NCBI GenBank assembly: GCA_965203515.1
Contig: OZ241907.1
Coordinates: 704,001 to 768,000 of the forward strand
Origin: Spirochaetia bacterium
GTDB taxonomy: Bacteria > Spirochaetota > Spirochaetia > SZUA-6 > Bin103
DNA: 64,000 nt
Reading direction: 5' to 3'
The notes under the pieces are model-generated. The model worked only from the letters and a program-made list of their open reading frames with translations, was not told the origin of the DNA and ran no database searches. The position numbers and the translations under genes are program-made. Shown in pieces: positions 31,368 to 40,831 of the stretch (within the stretch, counting starts at the first letter, position 1; each line of letters opens with the position of its first letter).

Positions 31368-32161
31368 GGGACGCTCGCCGGCGCCCGCGACTCGCCCCGG
31401 AAGCGCGGCAGCAGCGCCGCGGCGCGCCGCCGCTCGGCCGCATCCAGGCCGCACGCCTCCACCGGCCCTGCGGCCTCGGCAAGGCTCCGCCGCAGCCGGC
31501 CGGCCATCGCGCCGAAATCGGCCGGGCGGCCGGTCTCCCGCCCCAGCCAGGAGGCGGCGGCGGCCGATGCGGCGGCGGCCGGGCGGGCCAGGTAACGAGC
31601 CACCCGCCGGTAGGAACCGTCGAGCGGGATGGAACCGTGCTGGAGTGCGCCGTGGCGGGTGACCATCTGCGCGCTGCCGACCAGCTTGCCGTAGCGCCCG
31701 ATCACCTCGTACTGACCGGTCGCGGCGAAGCAGTCCGGGTCGGCGGCGTCGCCGACCGGCGCGTCGCTGCGCCGGCAGGCGACGCCCAGGTCCGTCAGGG
31801 CGGCGACCAGCAGGTCGCCCACGAAGCGGTAGACGACGCGCTTGGTGAACCGGCTCAGGTGCGTTCGGCCCAGCGCCACCGCGTAGGTGACCTCGGCGGC
31901 GTGCAGGACCGCCCGGCCGCCGGTCGGCCGGCGGATCAGCGGAATGCCGTCCGCACGCAGGCGATCGAGCCGCACGTGCTCCACCGGCTGGAACCGGCCG
32001 ATCGACAGCGTGGGGGAGCGAAACCCGTACAGGCGGATCGCCGGCCGGCCGCCGGCGCCGGCCGCCGAGTCGGCCAACACCTGGTCGACCGCCATGTTCC
32101 AGAGGCCGTCCGCCGGCTGGTCGCAGATCATGCGCACCGGTCCGCCGTCGAGCCGGGTCAT
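31364..32161 (-). CDS. Lipoate-protein ligase A / octanoyltransferase family
   Basis: NMAVD, RRPTGGRAVLH, KLVGSAQ, LQHGSI. Confidence 0.9.
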   Translation of the reverse strand: MTRLDGGPVRMICDQPADGLWNMAVDQVLADSAAGAGGRPAIRLYGFRSPTLSIGRFQPVEHVRLDRLRADGIPLIRRPTGGRAVLHAAEVTYAVALGRTHLSRFTKRVVYRFVGDLLVAALTDLGVACRRSDAPVGDAADPDCFAATGQYEVIGRYGKLVGSAQMVTRHGALQHGSIPLDGSYRRVARYLARPAAAASAAAASWLGRETGRPADFGAMAGRLRRSLAEAAGPVEACGLDAAERRRAAALLPRFRGESRAPASVP

Positions 32162-32883
32162 CGGCGGCCGGGCAGAGCGCGGCCGGGCAGGGCGCGGCCG
32201 GGCAGGGCGCGGACGCCCGGCGCCGCCGGTCCCGGCCGGCCCAACTCCGCCTCGCTCGGCCGCAGGTAGGCGGGGCGGGGGAGCGCGCGCCGCACCGCCT
32301 GTCGGGCGTAGCGCTGCATGCCGACGGCCAGCAGGGCCGCCGCGTCCGCCTGCTCGGCGCCCGGGTCGAGGGCGATGCCGCCGCCCCACGCCGCGTGCAG
32401 CGGCGGCGCCGCCGGCCCGGTCAGCAGGACCGCCGGGTAGGCGCGCAGCCGTTCGCGGATGCGCGCCGGGCTTTCGTCCAGGAAGCCGGTCAGGCGCCGG
32501 CCGGAGCGATACAGCGCCGCGTACAGCCGCCCCTTGCGCGCGTCGATGAGCGGCGCCACCACGCCCGGAAAGAAGCGCAGACGGTGTCCGGCGGCGTCGA
32601 GCCCGGAGACGCCGAGCAACCCGCAGCGACCGCCGGCGGTCATGCCCAGCGCGGTGGCGATGCCGATGCGGGTGCCGGTGAACGATCCCGGGCCGATGCC
32701 GCAGACCACCAGCTCCAGGTCAGCGGCGGTGACGCCGGCCTGTTGAAGGGCGCCTTCGATCAGCGGCGCCAGGCGCGTGCCGTGCTCCAGGCCGACCGCC
32801 AGCGAGCACACCGCGGTGGCGCGCGGGGCGGTGACGCACACGCCCATCACCGGCGCGGCGGTATCGAACGCCAGCGCCGTCAC
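32158..32883 (-). CDS. tsaB: tRNA threonylcarbamoyladenosine biosynthesis protein TsaB
   Basis: LAFDTA, GPGSFTGTRIG, IDARKG, PAYLRPSEAE. Confidence 0.93.
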   Translation of the reverse strand: MTALAFDTAAPVMGVCVTAPRATAVCSLAVGLEHGTRLAPLIEGALQQAGVTAADLELVVCGIGPGSFTGTRIGIATALGMTAGGRCGLLGVSGLDAAGHRLRFFPGVVAPLIDARKGRLYAALYRSGRRLTGFLDESPARIRERLRAYPAVLLTGPAAPPLHAAWGGGIALDPGAEQADAAALLAVGMQRYARQAVRRALPRPAYLRPSEAELGRPGPAAPGVRALPGRALPGRALPGRR

Positions 32884-33362
32884 GCGGCCTCCGGTCGCGC
32901 CGCGCCCTGAATGCAAACCGTGCGCCCGCCGCCGGCGGCGACGGCGAAGGTGACCCCGATCGTTCCGGTGATCGGCGGTGCGGCGTGCTCCGGCCACTCC
33001 ACCACGGTGACCCAGGGGCCGTGCAGGATGTCGTCCATGGCGAGCGAGGTGTACTGCGTCGGGGTGGCGATCCGGTACAGATCGACGTGGTAGAGCGTCA
33101 GCCGCCCGCGGTACTCGCTGACCAGCGCGTAGGTGGGACTGGTCACCTCCTCGGCGACCTCGAGGCCGCGGGCGAGCCCCTTGGCGAAGGTGGTCTTGCC
33201 GCTGCCGAGCGGACCGGACAGGGTCACCACGTCGCCGGCGGCGAGCGTGCGGCCAAGGCGCTCGCCGAGCGCTTCGGTCTCCGCCGCCGCGGCCGTGTCG
33301 TAGCGCCGCGGGTCGGCGGCCCGGCCGTCGGCAGCCCGGCCGTCAGCGGACGGGAGGCCCAT
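32880..33362 (-). CDS. tsaE: tRNA threonylcarbamoyladenosine biosynthesis ATPase TsaE
   Basis: GPLGSGKTTF, VTSPTY, HVDLYR, VVEW. Confidence 0.95.
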   Translation of the reverse strand: MGLPSADGRAADGRAADPRRYDTAAAAETEALGERLGRTLAAGDVVTLSGPLGSGKTTFAKGLARGLEVAEEVTSPTYALVSEYRGRLTLYHVDLYRIATPTQYTSLAMDDILHGPWVTVVEWPEHAAPPITGTIGVTFAVAAGGGRTVCIQGAARPEAA

Positions 33363-34047
33363 ACCCCCTTCCATGTCCGCCATGGTAGACGAAGCGGTGG
33401 ATGCGGTTGCGGTGCTCATGCGAAATCCGGGCGAATCGCAGGTCCGCGATCATGCCGGCCGGCCGTCGTGGCCGGGTGCTGCGCGTTCTGCCGACCGCAG
33501 CCACCGGCGTGCGGAGGTCGAGCTCGAACTCGATCCGGGCCAGTCCGCCTTCCTCGAAGGGGCAGAGACCTTCGACCGCGCAGCCGCCGGTCGACACGTC
33601 CATGATCGTCGCCATCACCGTCGGTTCAGGCGCCAGCTCCGCCGGTTGCGAACCTGCGCCGTCCGGCGCCGGGCCCCGCCGCGCCACGCCCCGCTGCGCC
33701 GCCACGCGGAGCGGGGTGACCAGGCACGGCCGTTCGACCTGCCGCCGGCGGGGTGAGCCGTGCGGGTCGCCGGCGGCGCGCCGCTCCAACCGTTCTTCGA
33801 GCCGGAAGTAGCGCGCCACCCAGAGATGGCGTTCCTGCTCCGTCAGCTCCGGCATGCGCTCCACGGCGTCGACCGCCCGCTCCAGCAACTCGGCGAGCAG
33901 TTCCCGGTCGTCCGGCAGGCGCTCCGGGTCCGGGACCGCGTAGCGCCGGGCCAACCCTTCCAGCACCGTCGCGTCGGCCGCGTCGAGTCCGCCTTCGGCG
34001 GCCAGGCGCCGCACGCCGCGCCGGCGTCGGTCGTGGTCCTCCCACAC
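33343..34047 (-). CDS. PilZ-domain protein
   Basis: RRRQVER and MDVSTGGC motifs; start uncertain. Confidence 0.65.
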   Translation of the reverse strand: MWEDHDRRRRGVRRLAAEGGLDAADATVLEGLARRYAVPDPERLPDDRELLAELLERAVDAVERMPELTEQERHLWVARYFRLEERLERRAAGDPHGSPRRRQVERPCLVTPLRVAAQRGVARRGPAPDGAGSQPAELAPEPTVMATIMDVSTGGCAVEGLCPFEEGGLARIEFELDLRTPVAAVGRTRSTRPRRPAGMIADLRFARISHEHRNRIHRFVYHGGHGRGYGPPVR

Positions 34048-34070
34048 GGAACGCCCTGCCAGCCGCGCCG

Positions 34071-35222
34071 TCAGCCGCGGACCGCGGCCAGGTAACGGGC
34101 CGCTACCGGGTCGTCGGGGTCGAGCTCGCGGACGGTACGGAAATAGCCGAGGGCGCCCTCGGTATCGCCGAGCCGGAGCCGCAGGACCCCCATGTTGGAG
34201 ATGACGCGCGTGTCCTCCGGCGCCAGCTCCAACGCCAGGCGCAGGCAGCGTTCGCACTCGGCCAGATCGCCCAGCTCCAGGTGGCAGATCGACAGCTCGT
34301 TGAGCGTGTCGGCCTGCGGCTCGCCGTGCTCGAGCGCCTTCTCGAACGCGACGCGCGCCTGCGCGTAATCGCCCGTGCGGCGCAGGCCCCAGCCCAGCAC
34401 GAACCAGCCGTTCCAGGTGTCGGGGTGGTCGCGCACGAAGCGGCGCGCGTGCTCGATGCCCTGCTGCTCGCGGCCGTCGCGGATCGCCGCCACCGCGTCG
34501 CGGAACAGCGCGTCGCCCAGCCCCTCGGCGTCGATCCGCTCGCGCAGCGCCTGCGCCTGTTGCAGCTTCTCCGGGTCCGCGCCGTACTTCAGATAGAGGT
34601 CCAGATGGCGGCGGCAACTGGCGTGATCGGCCATCTCGGAGTGGAAGAAGGCGAGGTTGAAGTGGGCGTCGGGGAACAGCGGATCGATGTCGAGCGCCCG
34701 CCGGTAGGCGGTCAGCACCTCGCGGCGGCGGCGCTCGGCCTCGTCCCGGTCCTCGGCGTGCAGCGCGGCGCGCACCCGCTCCTCGTAGGTGAGCGCGAGG
34801 TTGACCGCGGGTTGCGGGTCTTCCGGGAACAGGCCGATCAACGCCAGGAACAGTTCTTCCGCCAAGTCCAGGTCGCCGTTGCGCGCCTTGAAGATGGCCG
34901 CTTCGGTCAGCTCCCCGTTGATGCCCGGCCGCACCGCGCATACGAAGCGGCGGAAGTACGCGGCGTCGCGGTGTCCCGGGCGGTATGCCAGCACCTTGAG
35001 CGTGCCGGCGAGAATCGCCTCCCAGGTGATCTCCTCCGGGTCGACGTCGCCGGCCTCGTCGTCGATCTCCAGCGGCAGCGGGATGGCGGGATCGACCTCG
35101 AACCGGCCGACGCGCACGTCGGTGACGTCGGGGAGATCGATGAAGACGATACGCTCCAAGGGGTCGGTTCGTGACACTACAATGACCGCTCGACGAGCGT
35201 AGCAGGAGAAGACGGTGGCCAA
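34071..35222 (-). CDS. Tetratricopeptide repeat protein
   Basis: Multiple TPR helices (AHFNLAFF, GWFVLGWG, TLNELSIC, ISNMGVL); start uncertain. Confidence 0.85.
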   Translation of the reverse strand: MATVFSCYARRAVIVVSRTDPLERIVFIDLPDVTDVRVGRFEVDPAIPLPLEIDDEAGDVDPEEITWEAILAGTLKVLAYRPGHRDAAYFRRFVCAVRPGINGELTEAAIFKARNGDLDLAEELFLALIGLFPEDPQPAVNLALTYEERVRAALHAEDRDEAERRRREVLTAYRRALDIDPLFPDAHFNLAFFHSEMADHASCRRHLDLYLKYGADPEKLQQAQALRERIDAEGLGDALFRDAVAAIRDGREQQGIEHARRFVRDHPDTWNGWFVLGWGLRRTGDYAQARVAFEKALEHGEPQADTLNELSICHLELGDLAECERCLRLALELAPEDTRVISNMGVLRLRLGDTEGALGYFRTVRELDPDDPVAARYLAAVRG

Positions 35223-36288
35223 CTACTCGGTGTTCGGCATGGGCAATCCGCTCATGGACCTGATCGGCCGCGTGCCCGCCGAGCGGCTGGCGCGCATCGG
35301 CGCGGCGCCGGGGACCATGTCCCTGGTCGACGCCGAGCGCGCGGCCCAGGTCGCCGGCGGGCTCCGCCGGCACGAGCGGCGGCCGGGCGGAAGCTGCGCC
35401 AACACGCTGCGCGGGCTGGCGTGGCTGGCGCGGGCCGGCGGCGGCGCGCCGGCGCCGCCGGTGATGACCGGCATGGTCGGCGACGACCCGCTGGGCCGGG
35501 AGCTCGACCGGCGGCTCGCCGCGGCGGGGGTCGCCTCCGGACTCGGCACGCATCCGCACGAGCCGACCGGCACTTCGGTGGTTCTGGTCACCCCCGACGG
35601 CCAGCGCACCATGTTCACTTCGCTGGGGGCGTGCCGGACGCTGACCGCCGGCCACCTCGACCGGGCGGCGATCGCCGCCAGCGCCTGCTTCTACGCGACC
35701 GCCTACCTGTGGGGGCCGGACCGGCCGGAGGGGGCGCTCCGCGCGGCCGCGGCCGAGGCGCGGGCCGGCGGCGTACCGGTCGCCTTCGACGTGGCCGACG
35801 TGCTGGTGGTGCGCGAGTTCGGCCGCGAGCTGCTCGACTGGATCGCAGGGTCGGTCGATCTGCTGTTCGCCAACGAGCAGGAAGCGCGCGCGCTCGCCGC
35901 GCTCGTCAGCGGCGCGCCGGCCGGCGGCGATGCGCAGTCCGCCTGCGTGCCGCTGGCCGGCGTGGCGCCGTCGGTGGTGGTCAAGCTGGGGGCGGCGGGG
36001 TGCCTGGTGTGGGAGCGCGGCGCGGCGGCGGCGCGTATCGCCGCCGTGCCGGCCGACGCGATCGACACGACCGGGGCCGGAGATTCGTTCGCCGCCGGCT
36101 ACCTGCACGCGATGCTGGCCGGCGGCAGCGCCGCGCAAGCGGCTGCGCTGGGCAATCGCGTGGCCGCCGCCATCGTCGCGGTCGACGGCTGCGACTATGA
36201 GGCGATCGACTACTCGGCGGTCTTGGCAGGCGGTTCGGTCGCCGCGCCGGCGGGTCCGTCGCCATCGCCGCCGGCGACCAGCGTCTGA
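35215..36288 (+). CDS. PfkB family kinase (adenosine kinase-like)
   Basis: GNPLMD, GGSCAN, FANEQE, DTTGAGDSFAAG. Confidence 0.92.
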   Translation: MANYSVFGMGNPLMDLIGRVPAERLARIGAAPGTMSLVDAERAAQVAGGLRRHERRPGGSCANTLRGLAWLARAGGGAPAPPVMTGMVGDDPLGRELDRRLAAAGVASGLGTHPHEPTGTSVVLVTPDGQRTMFTSLGACRTLTAGHLDRAAIAASACFYATAYLWGPDRPEGALRAAAAEARAGGVPVAFDVADVLVVREFGRELLDWIAGSVDLLFANEQEARALAALVSGAPAGGDAQSACVPLAGVAPSVVVKLGAAGCLVWERGAAAARIAAVPADAIDTTGAGDSFAAGYLHAMLAGGSAAQAAALGNRVAAAIVAVDGCDYEAIDYSAVLAGGSVAAPAGPSPSPPATSV

Positions 36289-36566
36289 TCGATCATCCCG
36301 ATCAGGCGGTTGGCGATCTCCCCGGCGGCGTGCGCGTCGCGGACGGTCTCCGCATTCTCCTTGCGCGCCTTGAAGAGCTCGTCGGTGATGTTGAGCCCGG
36401 AGACGATGGCCACGCGCAGGGAGTCGGCCTGCGGCATCGCGCGCCGGGCTTCGGCGACGCGGCTGGAGAAGTGCTCGATGAGCTCGGTGAGGTGCTCGGT
36501 CGATTCATCCGACTTGATCGTGAAGGACGAGCCCAGAATGTCGACTTTCTCAAGGTTCTTGGCCAC
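36210..36566 (-). CDS. zapA: Cell division protein ZapA
   Basis: VDILGSSFTIKSDE, AIVSGLNITDEL. Confidence 0.85.
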   Translation of the reverse strand: MAKNLEKVDILGSSFTIKSDESTEHLTELIEHFSSRVAEARRAMPQADSLRVAIVSGLNITDELFKARKENAETVRDAHAAGEIANRLIGMIDQTLVAGGDGDGPAGAATEPPAKTAE

Positions 36567-36605
36567 CGGCTACTCCTCACCGCGCGCCGGCGTCCTTACC
36601 CGGCG

Positions 36606-37022
36606 TTACGGTGCACCACCGGTACCGAACGATCTGTCGCCGGTCGCGGCCGCACCGGAGTCGGGAGGACTCGGCGGCGCCGGCGGGAGATCGGCGGGGA
36701 CCGCGACCTGGTCGGTCTGGTCGGTTTGGTCGGCCGGCTCCGCCGGCCGGTCTTCCTGCTGCATCTCCGCCCAGTCGTCCTCCAGACCGTCGAGCTTGTC
36801 CAGCGTGCGCAGGATGATCTGCTCCACGTTCTCCTGATCGCTGCGCAGGCTGTCGAGCATCTCCTCCTGCTGCTTCGACCGCACCTGGGACTCCTGGAGC
36901 CGCTCCCGCGACTCGGAGAGCTCCGCGCTCAGCTTGCGGTTCTCGGCGCGCAAGCGCTCGATCAGATCGACCGCGCGCAGTACCCGCGCCTCCAGGTCGG
37001 CGATCTGCTGGACGCGGATCAT
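36606..37022 (-). CDS. ZapB-like coiled-coil protein
   Basis: LEARVLRAVDLIERLRAEN coiled coil between rplT and zapA. Confidence 0.7.
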   Translation of the reverse strand: MIRVQQIADLEARVLRAVDLIERLRAENRKLSAELSESRERLQESQVRSKQQEEMLDSLRSDQENVEQIILRTLDKLDGLEDDWAEMQQEDRPAEPADQTDQTDQVAVPADLPPAPPSPPDSGAAATGDRSFGTGGAP

Positions 37023-37387
37023 GACGGCGTGGCGGCCAGTTCCGCCCGGGCGCGATCGACGATCGCTTCGAAGGCCGCCGGGTCCTCGATGGCCAGGTTG
37101 GAGAGCGCCTTGCGGTTCAGGGCGATCCCGGCCCGCGCCAGCCCGTGCATGAACTGCGAGTAGCGCAGGTCGTGCTGGCGGCAGGCGGCCGAGATGCGCG
37201 CGATCCAGAGGCGCCGGAACTCCCCCTTGCGGCGCCGGCGGTCGCGGTAGGCGTACATGCCCGCCTTGGCCAGCGCATCCTTGGCCGTGCGGTACAGCTT
37301 GCTGCGCCGCCCCCAGTAGCCCTTGGCCTGCTTGAGGATCTTGCGCCGCTTGGCGTGGTGCTTGCGGCTGTCGGTCGCTCGTGACAT
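37019..37387 (-). CDS. rplT: 50S ribosomal protein L20
   Basis: AKGYWGRRSKLY, FRRLWIARI, LNRKALSNLA. Confidence 0.99.
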   Translation of the reverse strand: MSRATDSRKHHAKRRKILKQAKGYWGRRSKLYRTAKDALAKAGMYAYRDRRRRKGEFRRLWIARISAACRQHDLRYSQFMHGLARAGIALNRKALSNLAIEDPAAFEAIVDRARAELAATPS

Positions 37388-37395
37388 GGGTCTCT

Positions 37396-37602
37396 CTATC
37401 CTTTCGGCAGCAGGAGGCGGATGCGCTTGTGCTCGGCCGGGCTGAGCAGTCCCGAGCGCCGCAGCTTGCGCTTCCGCTTGCTGGCCTTCTTGGTCAGTAT
37501 GTGGCGAAGCCCCTGCTTCTTGTACTTCACCTTGCCCTTCGCGGTGACGCTGAAGCGCTTGGCGGTGCTGCGGTGGGTCTTGGTTTTGGTCTTCATCGTC
37601 AC
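37396..37602 (-). CDS. rpmI: 50S ribosomal protein L35
   Basis: [17 protein letters not shown]. Confidence 0.98.
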   Translation of the reverse strand: MTMKTKTKTHRSTAKRFSVTAKGKVKYKKQGLRHILTKKASKRKRKLRRSGLLSPAEHKRIRLLLPKG

Positions 37603-38114
37603 TTTCTCGACTTCGGACTCAGGACCATCGACATGAAGCGGCCCTCCATCTGCGCCGACCGCGTCAACACCGCGTACTCCCGCGTGCGTTCCACCACGCG
37701 GTCGAGCACGGCGCGGCCGATCTCCGTATGGGCGAGCTCGCGGCCCCGGAACCGGACGGTCACCTTCACCTTGTTCCCCTGGTCCAGAAACGTCTTGATG
37801 TGCTTGGACTTGAAGTCCAGGTCGTGGGAGTCGATCTTGGGCTGCATGCGGATTTCCTTGAGCTTGGTGAGCCGCTGCCGCTTCTTCGACTCGCGAATGC
37901 GCTTTTCCTGCTCGAACTTGTACTTGCCGTAGTCGAGCAGCTTGCAGACGGGGGGCCGGGCCGTCGGGGACACCTCCACCAGATCCAGACCTGTCTGCCG
38001 CGCTGAACTGAGCGCCTCTTCTGTCGGGACGACACCGAGCTGGGCGCCGTCGGCGCCGATCAGACGCACTTCCCGCACCCGGATCATGTCGTTCACCCTG
38101 AGATCCTTGACCAA
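37599..38114 (-). CDS. infC: Translation initiation factor IF-3
   Basis: [28 protein letters not shown]. Confidence 0.98.
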   Translation of the reverse strand: MVKDLRVNDMIRVREVRLIGADGAQLGVVPTEEALSSARQTGLDLVEVSPTARPPVCKLLDYGKYKFEQEKRIRESKKRQRLTKLKEIRMQPKIDSHDLDFKSKHIKTFLDQGNKVKVTVRFRGRELAHTEIGRAVLDRVVERTREYAVLTRSAQMEGRFMSMVLSPKSRK

Positions 38115-38263
38115 TAAGCCTCCTTAGGCGAAATCGCCTCCTTTGACCCGCACCATACTACAGTTGTCGGCCCGTGGCTACCGCCGCTACAGGCGGCCGG
38201 AGCCGCCGGTCATGCCGGGGTCCCGTTGAAGCGCCCCTGAGCTCCCGAGTAGGATCGAGCGCC

Positions 38264-39304
38264 GTGGATCGACGTGAGTTCCTGAAGAAGACCGGCGCCG
38301 GCGCGGCCGCCGCGGCCGCGGTGATCGGCGCGCCGGCGATCGCGCGCGCCCGGTCGCCGATCGTCTGGCGCCTGCAGACCTACGCCGGCGGCCCGCTGGC
38401 GGAGCACGTGGTGAAACCGGCCGTCGACGCGTTCAATCGCATCGCCGACGGCGAGATGACGATCGAGCTGTACACGGCCGACCAGCTCGTGCCGACCGCC
38501 GAGCTGTTCGGCGCGCTGCAGAGCGGCGTGGTGGACGCGGTGCAGAGCGACGACGACTCAATGGCGTCGCCCGCCGACGTCGCCGTGTTCGGCGGGTACT
38601 TCCCGTTCGGCACGCGGCACAGCCTCGACCTGCCGGTGCTGTTCGAGCGGTACGGCCTGAACGAGATCTGGGCGGAGGCGTATGACGAGATCGACGGGGT
38701 CACTTGGTTGAGCGCGGGCGCCTGGGACCCGTGCCACTTCATCACCGTCGATCCGATCCGCAGCCTGGCCGATCTGCGCGGCAAGCGCCTGTTCACCATT
38801 CCGACCGCCGGCCGGTTCCTGTCCCGGTTCGGCGTGGCGCCGGTCACCCTGCCGTGGGACGACGTGGCGGCGGCGCTGCGCGGCGGGACGCTCGACGGAC
38901 TTGCCTGGTCCGGCATCACGGAGGCGTACGCCGTGGGCTGGGCGGACGCGACCCGGTACTTCCTGACCAACAACCTCTCCGGCGCGTGGTGCGGATCGTT
39001 CTTCGCCAACTCCGACTCCTGGAACGCGCTGCCGGCCCGCCTGCAGGAGCTGTTCCGCGTCTGCATCGACAGCTCGCACTACTACCGCCAGCACTGGTAC
39101 TGGGGCGGCGAGGCGCAGCTCCGCACCGCCGGCGCCAAGCTGCAGCTCACCTCCATCCCCGACGAGGAATGGAAGCAGGTGGAGGACGAGGCGCTCAGGT
39201 TCTGGGACGAGGTCGCCCGGACCAGTCCGCGCGCCGCCCGCGTCATCGCCATCCTCAAGGAGTACCGCGCGACCATGGAGCAGGCCGGCCCCCCCTACTC
39301 ATAG
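38264..39304 (+). CDS. TRAP transporter substrate-binding protein (DctP/TakP-like), Tat signal
   Basis: DRREFLK twin-Arg signal; WRLQT; no DctQM genes adjacent. Confidence 0.85.
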   Translation: MDRREFLKKTGAGAAAAAAVIGAPAIARARSPIVWRLQTYAGGPLAEHVVKPAVDAFNRIADGEMTIELYTADQLVPTAELFGALQSGVVDAVQSDDDSMASPADVAVFGGYFPFGTRHSLDLPVLFERYGLNEIWAEAYDEIDGVTWLSAGAWDPCHFITVDPIRSLADLRGKRLFTIPTAGRFLSRFGVAPVTLPWDDVAAALRGGTLDGLAWSGITEAYAVGWADATRYFLTNNLSGAWCGSFFANSDSWNALPARLQELFRVCIDSSHYYRQHWYWGGEAQLRTAGAKLQLTSIPDEEWKQVEDEALRFWDEVARTSPRAARVIAILKEYRATMEQAGPPYS

Positions 39305-39457
39305 CTCATCGTCATCCCTCCGTCGTACTCGCGGCGGTCGTCGGCGTACAATGGCCGCCATGGAACGGCAGACAGATTCGGGAGGGGCAGCATCGGGCTC
39401 GGCCGCGCCGGCGGCGGCAGCGTGCGGACCGCGCGCCTCCGACAAGAAGACCTCCGC

Positions 39458-40723
39458 ATGAGGCTGCGTTCGGTCGAGATCGACAACTATCGCGCGGTGA
39501 AACATCTCAAGCTGGCCCTCGACCCGCGGCTGACGGTGTTTCACGGCGACAACGCGCAGGGAAAGACGAGCGTCCTGAATGCGATCGCCGTCGGCCTTGG
39601 TCTCGTTCCGACTCTGCTGGCCGGGGTCTCGGGTATCGGGTTTCTCGATACGGATAGAAGACGGTCAGCCCGCTACGTGCGGGTAGCGCTGGAAACGACT
39701 GACGGCACCCTCTGGGAACGACAAAAAGGACGAGGACCCAAATCCATCGGCGTTCGATCGCTGCGCGATAAGATCGAGGACATCTTCAGCGCGGACGAAC
39801 AGGGTGAGGAGATCGACCTGCCGATCGTCGCGTTCTACGGCGCGGACCGGGCGGCGTTCAGCGTTCCTCAACGACGCAGCGGATACCGCGAGAGCTCCCG
39901 CTACGCCGCTTTGGAGGGAGCGCTATCCGCCAGTATCGACTTCCGTCAGTTCTTCGAATGGTTCAAGGCCAAGGAGGACGAGGAGCTCAGGCACCAGAAA
40001 CGGGACCCGAAGGCGGTATCGACCGAGCTGGAGGCCGTCCGCACGGCGATCACCTCCATGATTCCCGGCGCATCTCAGCCACGGATCGAATTCGGTCCGC
40101 TCCGTTTCGTGGTTTCGCTGGATGCGAAGTCCGGGGGGCGGGAGGAACTCACGCTCGACCAGATGGGCGGCGGCTATCGAGTCGTGCTGGCGCTCGCGGC
40201 GGATCTCGCGCGGCGCATGGCCCAGGGCAACCCGCACCGCGCCGCCCCGTGCGCCTGCGAGGCGATCGTGCTGATCGACGAAATCGACCTGCACCTGCAT
40301 CCTGCGTGGCAACAGCGTGTCCTGGACGACCTGTTGCGTACATTTCCGAATACCCAGTTCCTCGTGTCCACGCACAGCCCGCAGGTGCTGACCTCCGTCA
40401 AACCGGAACGGATCGTGGAACTGAGCCGGGAGAATGGCGCTGTGATCCCCGGATATATCGGCGGGATAGCCACTTACGGCGCCGAAGCGGGGGATGTTCT
40501 AGCTCTGGTGATGGGCGTGCCGAACCGCCCCAGGGACAACGAGTTCGTAAAGAAGCTCGATCGATACCGGCGCCTTGTCGCCGATGGCGAAGGGGAATCC
40601 GAAGAAGCTCGCAGACTCAGATCGGAACTGGACCGCATCTCGCCGTATGACCACGCATTGGACGAAGCCGACGTGGAAATCAGACGGCGCACGGTGCTGA
40701 AGAGTTTGGGCAAACGCCTGTGA
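39458..40723 (+). CDS. AAA_21 ATPase, PtuA / retron-associated ATPase-like
   Basis: GDNAQGKTS, QMGGGY, LIDEIDLHLHPAWQQ, QFLVSTHSPQV. Confidence 0.85.
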   Translation: MRLRSVEIDNYRAVKHLKLALDPRLTVFHGDNAQGKTSVLNAIAVGLGLVPTLLAGVSGIGFLDTDRRRSARYVRVALETTDGTLWERQKGRGPKSIGVRSLRDKIEDIFSADEQGEEIDLPIVAFYGADRAAFSVPQRRSGYRESSRYAALEGALSASIDFRQFFEWFKAKEDEELRHQKRDPKAVSTELEAVRTAITSMIPGASQPRIEFGPLRFVVSLDAKSGGREELTLDQMGGGYRVVLALAADLARRMAQGNPHRAAPCACEAIVLIDEIDLHLHPAWQQRVLDDLLRTFPNTQFLVSTHSPQVLTSVKPERIVELSRENGAVIPGYIGGIATYGAEAGDVLALVMGVPNRPRDNEFVKKLDRYRRLVADGEGESEEARRLRSELDRISPYDHALDEADVEIRRRTVLKSLGKRL

Positions 40724-40803
40724 AGCGCATCTTCACCACCATTCGGTCCTGGTTCGGTGATTACGGTGAGCGTGTGCTGGACCAGAATCGGCGATGGGTT
40801 TGA
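40720..40803 (+). pseudogene. Collapsed remnant of the HNH partner (PtuB-like) gene
   Basis: GTGA-coupled 27-codon ORF MKRI+FTTIRSWFGDYGERVLDQNRRWV, resembling the start and end of such HNH proteins. Confidence 0.45.
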
Positions 40804-40831
40804 GCAGCCGGCTGCCGCCTACAGGCTGACG

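Noticed and set aside
32164..33348. 15-bp tandem repeats at the tsaB C-terminus (ALPGR x3) and tsaE N-terminus (ADGRA x2)
   Set aside because: Short in-frame slippage repeats in low-complexity termini; no spacers, not CRISPR.
33343..36138. 931-aa minus-strand ORF
   Set aside because: Mostly a shadow frame over the PfkB and TPR genes; only the last ~235 codons (PilZ) look real.
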